Assembly: GCA_963727445.1 (NCBI GenBank)
Contig: CAVSGI010000006.1
Span: forward strand, 64,001-128,000
Source of the DNA: an uncultured delta proteobacterium
GTDB lineage: Bacteria > Myxococcota_A > Polyangia > Polyangiales > B10-G4
Length of the DNA stretch: 64,000 nt
Direction: 5' to 3'
The notes under the pieces were generated by a model. That model searched no databases. It was not told the DNA's origin and saw only the letters and a list, made by a program, of their open reading frames with translations. Position numbers and translations under genes: made by a program. Below are positions 16,371-26,550 of the stretch, in pieces. Position 1 is the first letter of the stretch. Each line of letters starts with the position of its first letter.

Positions 16371-18740
16371 TTGGTCCACAGCCCCGATGCCCTCGATCTG
16401 CCCCGGGAGTTCGGGGCGTACACCCTGCTCAAGCGCCTTGCCGTCGGTGGGATGGCCGAGGTGTATGTCGCGAAGGCGCAGGGCATCGGCGGCTTCGAGA
16501 AGCTCGTCGCCATCAAGGTCATCCACCCGCGCCTGAGCGAGGACGAGCACTTCATCCAGATGTTGGTGGAGGAGGCCAAGCTCTCGGTCGTCCTCACCCA
16601 CGGCAACATCGCCCAGACCTTCGACCTGGGATGCATCGACGACACCTACTTCATCGTGATGGAGTACGTCGACGGCGCCGACACCTATCGAATTCTCAAG
16701 CGCGCCGAGGCGCAAGAGAAGCAGATGCCGCTCGACATCTGCGCCTACGTGGTGAGCGAGGTCGCGAACGGCCTCGACTACGCGCACCGCAAGCGTGACT
16801 CCTCGGGCAAGCCGCTGAACGTCGTCCACCGGGACATCTCCCCGCAGAACGTCCTGATCAGTCATACCGGCGAAGTGAAGATCGTCGACTTCGGGATCGC
16901 CAAGGCGGCGCATCGCACCGGGCAGACCGAAGCAGGCGTCATCAAGGGCAAGTACTACTACATGTCGCCCGAGCAGGCCTGGGGCGATCCCCTCGATCAC
17001 CGCAGCGACATCTTCTCGCTCGGCGTCGTCCTCTACGAGCTCCTCACCGGCGAGATGCTCTATCAGGAGGACAACATCCCTGCGCTGCTCGACCGCGTGC
17101 GCAAGGCCGACGTTCTGCCGCCATCGCTGCGGCGCCCCGAGGTCCCGACCACCCTCGAAGAGGTCGTGCTCAAGGCCTGCGCCAAGAAGCCCGAGGACCG
17201 TTACCAGTCGGCCCACGAGATGTCGCAGGCGCTGTCGACCTTCCTCTACACCGTGAGCCCCTCCTTCAGCGCTCAGCGCCTCGCCGACTACATGGGCGAG
17301 CTCTTCGGCGAACAGGTTCCGAAGTCGGGCGAGCGCAAGGCGCCGAAGGCGGAGGCGCGACCCGCGCCGCCCCCGGTGCGCGCGGACGACAATCAGACGG
17401 CGCGGCTGTCGGCGATGAGCCTGGCCGACTTCTCCCCCAAGGTGAACAGCGTCATCTTCGACCTCGACGACGAAGAGGGCGAGACGAGCGCCGACATCGA
17501 GCCCTACCGCCGCTCCATCCAGGATCCCACGAAGGAGCTCGCGAAGACGGACGTCGAGCACAAGATGGTGGACGAGGAGGAGGACGAGGAGACCCTCATC
17601 CACAATCGCGTCGCCCAGGATCACTGGGACGCCACCACCAGCCGGAAGGACGGCGCCTGGGACGATTCCACCGCCGTCGACGACCGGGAGGAGCTGGCGA
17701 TCCCGCCGCCGCGACGCCTCCCCCAGCCCCCTTTGGGCAAGCGCCGCCCCATCCCCCGCGCGACGCCTCCCGCGCGGCCCTCGGCCCATCCGCCACCCCC
17801 GGCGATCCCTCGGCCCTCTGCGGCCGCCAAGAGCGCGCGCCCGCCCGCGCCGCCGCCGCCCAACCGACCGAACCCCGTGAGCCCCCCAGTCGCGCCTCCG
17901 CCGGCCCAGCGGCCCACCTTTCCGAAGGAGGCGCCCGGCCACGCACCCGTCGAGGCCGCCTCGCCCTGGCCCCCGCCGGCGGTGCGCGTGCCCTCCCAGG
18001 CCCCGGCGCCCGCACCCGCCTGGCCCACGCCGACGCCCGCGCCCGCGCCTTTGGCGGCGGCGGAGCCGCCCACCGCCGAGAAGACGAGCATCCCCGCGCC
18101 CGGCGGCTCGCCCACCGCTTCACTGTCCGCGCCCAATCCCTTCACCGCCCGTCCCGACTACGTCGGCGAGACGGAGCTCCTGCCGCGCCAGCGCCACATG
18201 CTGCTGCTGCGCATCGCGCTCGGTGTGGGCGCCGGCCTCGCGGTGGTGGCGCTCATCGTGCTCATCGCCGTGCTCACGAGCGGCGAGCCCACCCCCGACT
18301 CGACGGTGGAGGTGATCTCGGTTCCCTCCGGAGCCTCGGTGCTCCTCGACGGCACCGAGCTCCCCGCGGTGACGCCGCTGGTGATCTCCGATGGGCTCGA
18401 GATCGGCCGCATGCAGCGCATCGAGGTGCAGCTCGACGGCTACGAGGTCTGGACCACCACCTTCCAGCCCATCGACGGAACGCTCAAGCAGATCGCGGTC
18501 CTGTCGCCGCTGCGCGCGACGCTGCACGTGCGCACCGAGCCCGCCGCTCACGTGTGGATCGACGGGGTGCTCTTCGGCTCCTCCCCGGTGGAGGTGCCGA
18601 ACAGAGAGATCGGGAGCGAGGTTCACGTGCGTGCGTCGCTCATGGGTCGCGACGACGTGGAGCAGACGGTGACCATCACCGCCGCCGACCTGAACCCGAC
18701 CATCACGCTCCGCCTTCCCGACGCGAGCGAAGAGCCGTAG
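16371..18740 (+). CDS. Membrane Ser/Thr protein kinase with Pro-rich linker and PEGA-like C-terminal domains
   Basis: LAVGGMAEVY, VAIK, HRDISPQN, DFG, YMSPEQ; TM helix IALGVGAGLAVVALIVLIAVL; SVPSGASVLLDG. Confidence 0.92.
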   Translation: MVHSPDALDLPREFGAYTLLKRLAVGGMAEVYVAKAQGIGGFEKLVAIKVIHPRLSEDEHFIQMLVEEAKLSVVLTHGNIAQTFDLGCIDDTYFIVMEYVDGADTYRILKRAEAQEKQMPLDICAYVVSEVANGLDYAHRKRDSSGKPLNVVHRDISPQNVLISHTGEVKIVDFGIAKAAHRTGQTEAGVIKGKYYYMSPEQAWGDPLDHRSDIFSLGVVLYELLTGEMLYQEDNIPALLDRVRKADVLPPSLRRPEVPTTLEEVVLKACAKKPEDRYQSAHEMSQALSTFLYTVSPSFSAQRLADYMGELFGEQVPKSGERKAPKAEARPAPPPVRADDNQTARLSAMSLADFSPKVNSVIFDLDDEEGETSADIEPYRRSIQDPTKELAKTDVEHKMVDEEEDEETLIHNRVAQDHWDATTSRKDGAWDDSTAVDDREELAIPPPRRLPQPPLGKRRPIPRATPPARPSAHPPPPAIPRPSAAAKSARPPAPPPPNRPNPVSPPVAPPPAQRPTFPKEAPGHAPVEAASPWPPPAVRVPSQAPAPAPAWPTPTPAPAPLAAAEPPTAEKTSIPAPGGSPTASLSAPNPFTARPDYVGETELLPRQRHMLLLRIALGVGAGLAVVALIVLIAVLTSGEPTPDSTVEVISVPSGASVLLDGTELPAVTPLVISDGLEIGRMQRIEVQLDGYEVWTTTFQPIDGTLKQIAVLSPLRATLHVRTEPAAHVWIDGVLFGSSPVEVPNREIGSEVHVRASLMGRDDVEQTVTITAADLNPTITLRLPDASEEP

Positions 18741-18743
18741 CGC

Positions 18744-19601
18744 TCAGCTCGCCGGGGCTTCGAGCAGGATGTTGTCGATGAGCCGGGTGGTGCCCAGATG
18801 GGCGGCGGCGGCGATGAGGATGCGCGTGGCGCCGGAGGCGGCTTTCGCGAAGGTGTCGGGGTCGACGGCGGTGACGTAATCGACCCGGTCGAAGACCGGC
18901 GCGATCTCGGCGCGCGCCGCCTCGACCAGCGCTTCGGGATCGCGGCTGCCTTCGGCGAAGCGGGCACCGGCGGCGCGCAGGCCGCGGATGATGGCGATGG
19001 CGCGGGCGCGCTGCTCGGGCGTCAGGTAGTGGTTACGAGAGGACAGGGCGAGGCCGTCCTCTTCGCGCACGGTCGCCGCCGTCACGATGCGCGCGCGGAT
19101 GTCCAGGTCGGCGGTCATCCGGCGGATGATGGCCTGCTGCTGAAAGTCCTTCTGGCCGAAGACCGCGACACAGGGCGACACCAGATTGAGGAGCTTGGTG
19201 ACGACGGTGGTGACGCCGTCGAAGTGGCCTGGCCGGTGCGCGCCCTCGAGGGAGTCGGTGAGGCCGGTGACGCGTACCGTGGTGGCGAAGCCATCGCCGT
19301 ACATCTCGCTGACGCTGGGCGCGAAGACCAGGTCCACGTCGAGCGCGGTGAGGGCCTCGACGTCGGCTTCGAGGGTGCGCGGATAGCGATCGAAATCCTC
19401 GCCTTCGCCGAACTGCAGCGGGTTGACGAAGATGGTGGCCACGAGGAAGGTCGCGCCCTCGGCGCGGGCCTTTGCCACGAGCGAGAGGTGCCCTTCGTGG
19501 AGCGCGCCCATGGTCGGCACCACCCCCACCACGCGCCCCTCGGCGCGCGCCTCGTCACAGGCCCCCGTGACCTCGGCCCGCGTGTGGACGACCCGGGTCA
19601 A
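18744..19601 (-). CDS. panC: Pantoate--beta-alanine ligase
   Basis: [55 protein letters not shown]. Confidence 0.95.
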   Translation of the reverse strand: MTRVVHTRAEVTGACDEARAEGRVVGVVPTMGALHEGHLSLVAKARAEGATFLVATIFVNPLQFGEGEDFDRYPRTLEADVEALTALDVDLVFAPSVSEMYGDGFATTVRVTGLTDSLEGAHRPGHFDGVTTVVTKLLNLVSPCVAVFGQKDFQQQAIIRRMTADLDIRARIVTAATVREEDGLALSSRNHYLTPEQRARAIAIIRGLRAAGARFAEGSRDPEALVEAARAEIAPVFDRVDYVTAVDPDTFAKAASGATRILIAAAAHLGTTRLIDNILLEAPAS

Positions 19602-19607
19602 CGGGCG

Positions 19608-20503
<896 letters not shown>

Positions 20504-20627
20504 GGGCTTTCTCTTTTTCTCTATCGGTCGCGGCCGGGCGATTTCCCGGTCCACGCCGCTACACCCGGAACTTAGAGCGCTTCGGCGGCGAGCGCAACGG
20601 GACGATTCTGCCGAAATCGCGAAGGAA

Positions 20628-21035
20628 TCACCCCGCGCGCAGCTGGCGGCGCCGAAGGAAGAGGGCGATCGCACCGACGGGCGTCATCGACGCCATCACG
20701 GCCCAGCGCACGGCCAGAATGCTCTTCACGCCGGCGAGCTCGCGCATGAAGAGGATCTCGCCCGCCTCCGCGGCCGCCTCCGGGGACTGGTCGAGGCGGA
20801 AGAGGGTGAGCGGGGCGGTCGTCGCCACGAAGCCGATTGTCAGCGCCACCGTCACCCTCAGCACCCAGGCGAGGGTGTCGTCCTCGGGCACGCGGTGGGT
20901 GCCGATGGCGCACACGAGGATCGCGGCCGCGGGTGCGAGCGCCACTCCCCAGCTCGGCAAGTAGCCACCGAGGAACGCGGCGATGGCCGCCCCCAACATG
21001 ATCCCGACCGTCCAGCCGAGCGGCTCGAGGCTCAT
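20628..21035 (-). CDS. Small hypothetical membrane protein
   Basis: MSLEPLGWTVGIMLG... with ~4 hydrophobic segments; start overlaps the upstream gene stop. Confidence 0.6.
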   Translation of the reverse strand: MSLEPLGWTVGIMLGAAIAAFLGGYLPSWGVALAPAAAILVCAIGTHRVPEDDTLAWVLRVTVALTIGFVATTAPLTLFRLDQSPEAAAEAGEILFMRELAGVKSILAVRWAVMASMTPVGAIALFLRRRQLRAG

Positions 21036-22291
21036 CCGTCTTCGCCGAGGGCGGCGAGCAACTCGGCGATCTCCGTCTTGTCGTCGGAGTCGTCCTCCGC
21101 CAGCGCCAGGGCTCGCTCCAGCATGCGCCGCGCCTCCCCTTCGAGGCCGAGCTCGGTGAGCAGCCGCCCCGCCTCGCGGTGATAGCGCAGGTGGTTCGCC
21201 CGGTCGGGGCCCTGGCTCAGCATGCGCCACAGGTCGGCCGCGCGCTGCGGGTTGTCGTGCTTCTCGTGGAGCTCCGCCAGGGTGGTGGTGGTGCGGATCG
21301 GGAAGGCGGTGATGCTCTGACTGGTCAGGAACTCGAGCGAGGATTCGAAGACCTCGATCGCCTGCGCGTCCTGACCATCGTCGTGGAGCGCGAGGCCGAG
21401 CTCTTCGAGGATGGCGACGTCGGGGCGCATGCCCATGAGGTCGGCCGCCATCTGCAGCACCTCGACCGCCTCGCTGGCCCGGCCCTTGTCGCGAAGGTAG
21501 CGGCCCAGGGCCAGGAGCGGCCGCGGGTCTTCGTCGAAGAAGGCCGCCGCGTCTTCGAGCTCGCCGATGGCGGCTTCGATGTCGCCGCGCGCGTCGGCGA
21601 GGCGCGCCAGGTTGGCGTGGGCCGCGAGCCGACCCTCGCCGCCCTCGTCGTCTTCGAGGAGCTCGAGGAAGGTGCGGAACGCTTCCTCTGCCGCCTCGTC
21701 GTCCTCGTCGAGCATCCGCCCACGGCCCACCTCGAGCCACAGGTACACCGGCGCCTCGGCTTCTTCGAGGATCGCTTCGAACAGGGGACGGGCGCTCTTG
21801 GGCTCGTCGCCGAAGAGCGCGAGGAGCGCGTCGGTCATCGCGTCGCCGTACTCGGCGTACTCCTCGTCCTGGGCGGGCTCCCAGGTGCCGGCAATCGCGG
21901 CGAGGCGGTCCTGGTCGGTCACCTCTTCCTCGGCAGCGGCGGTGACGGCGTCGGCGCGCTCCATGTCGTAGAGGAGCTCTTCGGCGCGGGCTTTGATCTC
22001 CGCGTCGTGCACCACCTCGAGGGCGCCTTCGAGATCGCTGCGCGCCAAATCCAGGTGTCCGGCTTCGATGTGGCTCTCGGCTTCGGCGATTCGCTCCTCG
22101 GCGATGCCGTCGCAGCTCGCGGCGATGCGCTCACCGAGCTCGGCGCGCACGGCCTCGTCGCGCGCCTTGTCGCTCGCTTTCTCGAAGGCGAGCTTCGCCT
22201 GGCCGAAGCGGCCGGCTTCGAAGTGCGCCTCGCCTTCCTTGCGGTGGTCGTCGAGGCTCATGCCTCCGAACATGCGCTTGAGCAGGGACAT
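21032..22291 (-). CDS. Tetratricopeptide-repeat protein
   Basis: MSLLKRMFGG; repeated helical TPR-like units (GEAHFEAGRFGQAKLAFEKA, LGRYLRDKGRASEAVEVL). Confidence 0.75.
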   Translation of the reverse strand: MSLLKRMFGGMSLDDHRKEGEAHFEAGRFGQAKLAFEKASDKARDEAVRAELGERIAASCDGIAEERIAEAESHIEAGHLDLARSDLEGALEVVHDAEIKARAEELLYDMERADAVTAAAEEEVTDQDRLAAIAGTWEPAQDEEYAEYGDAMTDALLALFGDEPKSARPLFEAILEEAEAPVYLWLEVGRGRMLDEDDEAAEEAFRTFLELLEDDEGGEGRLAAHANLARLADARGDIEAAIGELEDAAAFFDEDPRPLLALGRYLRDKGRASEAVEVLQMAADLMGMRPDVAILEELGLALHDDGQDAQAIEVFESSLEFLTSQSITAFPIRTTTTLAELHEKHDNPQRAADLWRMLSQGPDRANHLRYHREAGRLLTELGLEGEARRMLERALALAEDDSDDKTEIAELLAALGEDG

Positions 22292-23439
22292 CAGCGCCGG
22301 CCTTTCGTCTTCTTCTCGTGTCTCTGAATCGCGGCCTGCTTGAGGGGCCCTGCGATGTTGCGGCTGCGGGTGAGGGTCTTGAGGTCGTTGTCCCGTAGAT
22401 GCGACAGGTACTTCAGCGACGTGGCGAAAGGGGTCTTCGCGTTGAAGACCAGCGCGCGCTTCACCTCGTAGCTGCCGACCCACTTCTTCTTGTCGCCTAT
22501 GAACCGGAGAATTTCCTCGCCGACCTCTTTGCTCTTGGCGATGGACGCAGCCTCGCCCGCGGTCATCTTGGGCGAGCTGATCGCAGCCTTGGCGACGGAC
22601 TTGTTGTGATCGCGCACCAGGATGGAACGGGCGGCGGCGCCACCGATCACCGCCATGCGGATCTTCTCCTGCTTCTTCATCCCGTCGATCCGCTGGCGGA
22701 GCGGAAGGAACTTCTCCTTCATCGTCTCCTTCAGCTTTTCGCGGTCGTTCCTGTCCCGCTCCTCCTCGACGGCGTCCTCCTGCTCGTCGTCGGCGGCGAG
22801 CGCCTCCTGGAACGCGACGTCGGAGGGTAGCGGCTCGTCGCCCTCGGGCTCCATGATGAGCTCGCCCTGGATCGCCTCGACGTGATCATGAAACGACGGG
22901 ATGCCTTCGAGGACCACGCCGTTGCGCGCGCAGAGCTCGATCAGCCGGTCTGCGGTGCTCATACGCGTGTTGGCGTTCTTGTAGAGCGCTTCGATGATCT
23001 TGGGCGCGGCGAGGATGCGCTGCTGGTTGACGGCGATCGCTTCGCTGATGCTCTCGGAGCAGTGAAGGGCGATGCGCTCGATCGTGTAATCCGCGGTGCC
23101 GCGGTTCATCACCAGCAGCTCGAGGACGTCGTCGCGATCGGGGAAGCGATCGGCGAGGCCGTCGAGGATGGCGATGTGTAGCGGGGCGCTGCACGCGGCG
23201 TGGAGCACGCCTTCGGGCAGGTTCGAGAGGGTGTCGCGCGCCGAGTTGGCGATGTTCTGATCGGCGTCGGCGCCGAGCTGGACCAGGAGAGTGACGAGGT
23301 CGCCGCCCTTGACGGGGACGAGACCCTTGGCGGCCATCGTGCGCGCGGGACCCGGGGCCTTCGGGTCTCCGAATCGCCGCAGGCCCTCCGGGAGCTCCGA
23401 CGCCGGCAGTGGGAGCGAGGGGACGGTCATGGGAGGCAT
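22291..23439 (-). CDS. Hypothetical alpha-helical repeat protein
   Basis: 382-aa ORF with normal composition, coupled to the TPR gene; C-terminal ARSILVRD..SPK..IAKSK..EILRFI..ALVFNAKTP. Confidence 0.75.
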   Translation of the reverse strand: MPPMTVPSLPLPASELPEGLRRFGDPKAPGPARTMAAKGLVPVKGGDLVTLLVQLGADADQNIANSARDTLSNLPEGVLHAACSAPLHIAILDGLADRFPDRDDVLELLVMNRGTADYTIERIALHCSESISEAIAVNQQRILAAPKIIEALYKNANTRMSTADRLIELCARNGVVLEGIPSFHDHVEAIQGELIMEPEGDEPLPSDVAFQEALAADDEQEDAVEEERDRNDREKLKETMKEKFLPLRQRIDGMKKQEKIRMAVIGGAAARSILVRDHNKSVAKAAISSPKMTAGEAASIAKSKEVGEEILRFIGDKKKWVGSYEVKRALVFNAKTPFATSLKYLSHLRDNDLKTLTRSRNIAGPLKQAAIQRHEKKTKGRR

Positions 23440-23495
23440 AGTGCCGATAATCCACGGGTGGATCTACGACAACGCGTACCTGCGCCCCCGCGCCG

Positions 23496-24284
23496 CTACC
23501 GCCCTTCGAACACCGGCGGGCGCTTCTCGAGGAGCGCAGCCATCCCCTCGGCCGCGTCCTCGGTGGCGAGGCTCTCGGCCTGGGCGAAGGCTTCTTCCCA
23601 GGCCGCGTCGCGGACCTCCCAGGCGAGATATCGCCTCAGGCTCTTCTTCATCGTCCGGATCGCGTAGGGCGCCGCCTCGGCCACGAGCCCCGCGCGTTCC
23701 ATCGCGGTGGGGAGCACCGCTTCGGGCGCCACCGCCTGCGACACAAGCCCCATCGCGTGCGCCTCGTCGCCTCGGACCAGGCGGCCCGTGAAGAGCAGGT
23801 CCGCCGCGTGGGCCGCTCCGACGATGCGCGGCAAGAGATAGCTGATGCCGAGCCCGGAGTGAAAGCCGAGGCGCGCGAAGTTCGCCCCGTACTTGGCCTC
23901 CCGGTTGCCGAAGCGGAGATCGCAGAGCAGGGCGAGGCCGAAGCCGCCGCCCACCGCGTGGCCGTTCAGGGCGCCGATCACGGGCACCTCGATGTCGAGC
24001 ACGCGGAGGAAGGGCTCGTACATGGCGAAGGAGCGCTCGTGAGGTCGCATCGGGCGCTCGCCCCCTGCCACCTGCAGGGTCGATTTGAAGTCGGCGCCGG
24101 CGCTGAAGCAACGCCCCTCGCCGGTGATGACCACCACGCGCGCCTCGCGATCGGCGAGGGCGCTGTCCACCGCCGCGTCGAAGGCGGCGAGAAGCTCGGG
24201 GGTCATGCTGTTGCGATTGTCGGGGCGCGCGAGGGTGACGACCCCGATGCGATCGCGTTGGTGGTAGCGGACGGCATCACTCAT
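23496..24284 (-). CDS. Enoyl-CoA hydratase/isomerase family protein
   Basis: LARPDNRNSM, FSAGADF, PVIGALNGHAVGGG, LLEKRPPVFEGR. Confidence 0.9.
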   Translation of the reverse strand: MSDAVRYHQRDRIGVVTLARPDNRNSMTPELLAAFDAAVDSALADREARVVVITGEGRCFSAGADFKSTLQVAGGERPMRPHERSFAMYEPFLRVLDIEVPVIGALNGHAVGGGFGLALLCDLRFGNREAKYGANFARLGFHSGLGISYLLPRIVGAAHAADLLFTGRLVRGDEAHAMGLVSQAVAPEAVLPTAMERAGLVAEAAPYAIRTMKKSLRRYLAWEVRDAAWEEAFAQAESLATEDAAEGMAALLEKRPPVFEGR

Positions 24285-24474
24285 GGGGCGGCAGAGTAAC
24301 GTCTCCGCCACTGTCGAGGGGTTGTTGCTGGTGCATGGAGGAGGAACGCCGAGAACCCGAATTACTCACGAAATTCACCGGTTCCCACGTTGAAAGGGTG
24401 TAGGGCCGTGTCATACTGCCGCGTTGGCGTTTTAGCGTTTCCGCCCTCTCGTACGAGAGGGGCGTCCGAAGGCG

Positions 24475-26538
24475 GTGCACGTGATCAGGTCTTGGCTTCT
24501 GGTGTGGACGTTCGCTCTCTTTCTCGCGGCTTGCGGGGACGACTCGACCACCGACGCGGGTGACGCGGGCGGCGACTCCGCCATGGACGCCCCCATGGAC
24601 GCGATGATCCCGGACAGCGCGGAGCGCTGCGAGACCGACGAGCAGTGCGACGACGCGATCCCCTGCACCACCGACGCGTGCCTGCCCGCGGGCTTCTGTC
24701 GCCACACGCCCGACAACGCATTCTGCAGCAACGACATCTTCTGCGACGGCGTCGAGATCTGCGACGTCCGCGCCGGCGGCTGCCGGATGGGCGACCCCAA
24801 CGCCTGCAACGACGACGACGTCTGCACCCTCGACCGCTGTGACGAGGAGTCGAAGACCTGCGTCCAGGTCCCGCGCGACTTCGACGAGGACGGCGCCGTG
24901 GACTGGCACTGCGAGGGCGGCACCGACTGTGACGACCGCAACCCGAACCTGTCGCCGCTGACCAACGAGGTCTGCGACGACATGCTCGACAACGACTGCG
25001 ACGGCATGGTCGACGAGTCGGGCTGCGGCCGCGCGCCGTACGACACCTGCGATGATCCCTTCGACGTCAGCGCGGGCGGCCGCTTCTTCATCAGCAACGA
25101 AGGCGCGATGGCGGACTACGGCCTGAGCTGTGCCGGCACGCGGCGTGACGTGGTCCTCACCTTCACCACCACCGAGGAGCACGACGTCAGCATCCGCGCC
25201 GACGGGGCGGGCGTGACCGCGGTGTCGCTGCGCACCACCTGCGACGACACCGTCAGCGAGCTCGAGTGCGAGAGCGGCTTCCCCGGGCAGGCGCGGGTGC
25301 GCTCGCTGCCGGCGGGCACCTATTTCGCCATCGTCAGCGACTCCGGCGTGGGCGAGATCGAGGTGCAGGTGGACTTCCTTCCGCCGACCGATCCGCCCAC
25401 CAACCAGACCTGCGCGTCGCCCGAGGACATCACGGGCGGCGGCACCTTCATGGGCTCGTTCCTCGACGTCTCGGACGACCTGATGATGAGCTGCGGCTTC
25501 AGCGGCCAGGCAGACCTCGTCTACTCCTTCACCACCACCGAGACGCAGGACGTGCGGGTGAACCTGGTGAGCGACACCAGCGACACCATGAACTTCGCCA
25601 TCCGCTCGACCTGCTCCGACGACGCCTCGACCCTGCGCTGCTCGCGCGGCGCGCCGGCGGGCTCCACCGTGCACGAGCTGCCGGCCGGCTCCTACTACCT
25701 GATCATCGAGGGGCCGTCCTTCCGCGAGGTCGACTACACCCTCGACGTGGAGTTCCTGGCGCCGACGCCCGCCGCAGAAGGCGACGTCTGCGCGAGCGCG
25801 ATCCCTCTGACCCTCGGCACGATGGAGCTCGGCACGCTCTCCGACAAGGAGGACGACATCGACGTCTCCTGCGGCTTCTACTATCGCGACGCCGTCTACA
25901 GCTTCACCACCACCAGCCGTCAGGACGTGACGGTCACCGTCGATGGCGGGGGCACGTACATGTACGTCGCGGTGCAGGGCACCTGCGGGGACGACTCGAC
26001 GCAGCTCCGCTGCACCTCCGGCAACCCGTCTCGCGCGCGCCTGAGAGACCTCGCCCCCGGCACCTACTACGTGATCGTAGAGAGCTTCCGCGGGACGAGC
26101 TTCAACATCACCGTCGACGCCACCGCGCCCACGATGGTCACGCCAGTCACGGGCAACGACGACTGCGCGAGCGCGTACACGGTCCCGCCGACGGGCGGGC
26201 TCTTCACCGGGAACACCTCCGGCTTGATGAACGACTACGAGACGAGCCTCTGCGGCGCGATGGCGCGTGCGCCCGACGCGGCGTTCTCGCTCACCCTCAC
26301 TACGCCCAAGCGCGTGGTGGCCAACACCGACGGCTCGTCCTTCGACACGGTGCTCCACGTCCACGAGCCGATGTGCGTCTCCATGTCGGAACGGTATTGC
26401 GACGACGACGGTGGGGACGGTTCGGCGAGCCTGATCGATCAGATGCTCACCGCGGGGACCTGGTACTTCGTCGTGGACGGCTTCGGAACGGCCTCCGCGG
26501 GGGACTACACTTTCGAAGTCCAGGTTTTCGACCCATGA
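24475..26538 (+). CDS. Cys-rich lipoprotein with a putative metal-binding (MopE-related) motif and four PPC-like repeats
   Basis: Lipobox LAAC; CDDAIPCTTDAC-type repeats; EVCDDMLDNDCDGMVDE; four L(P/A/T)xG(T/S)(Y/W)(Y/F) modules. Confidence 0.85.
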   Translation: MHVIRSWLLVWTFALFLAACGDDSTTDAGDAGGDSAMDAPMDAMIPDSAERCETDEQCDDAIPCTTDACLPAGFCRHTPDNAFCSNDIFCDGVEICDVRAGGCRMGDPNACNDDDVCTLDRCDEESKTCVQVPRDFDEDGAVDWHCEGGTDCDDRNPNLSPLTNEVCDDMLDNDCDGMVDESGCGRAPYDTCDDPFDVSAGGRFFISNEGAMADYGLSCAGTRRDVVLTFTTTEEHDVSIRADGAGVTAVSLRTTCDDTVSELECESGFPGQARVRSLPAGTYFAIVSDSGVGEIEVQVDFLPPTDPPTNQTCASPEDITGGGTFMGSFLDVSDDLMMSCGFSGQADLVYSFTTTETQDVRVNLVSDTSDTMNFAIRSTCSDDASTLRCSRGAPAGSTVHELPAGSYYLIIEGPSFREVDYTLDVEFLAPTPAAEGDVCASAIPLTLGTMELGTLSDKEDDIDVSCGFYYRDAVYSFTTTSRQDVTVTVDGGGTYMYVAVQGTCGDDSTQLRCTSGNPSRARLRDLAPGTYYVIVESFRGTSFNITVDATAPTMVTPVTGNDDCASAYTVPPTGGLFTGNTSGLMNDYETSLCGAMARAPDAAFSLTLTTPKRVVANTDGSSFDTVLHVHEPMCVSMSERYCDDDGGDGSASLIDQMLTAGTWYFVVDGFGTASAGDYTFEVQVFDP

Positions 26539-26550
26539 TGGAGCTCAGCA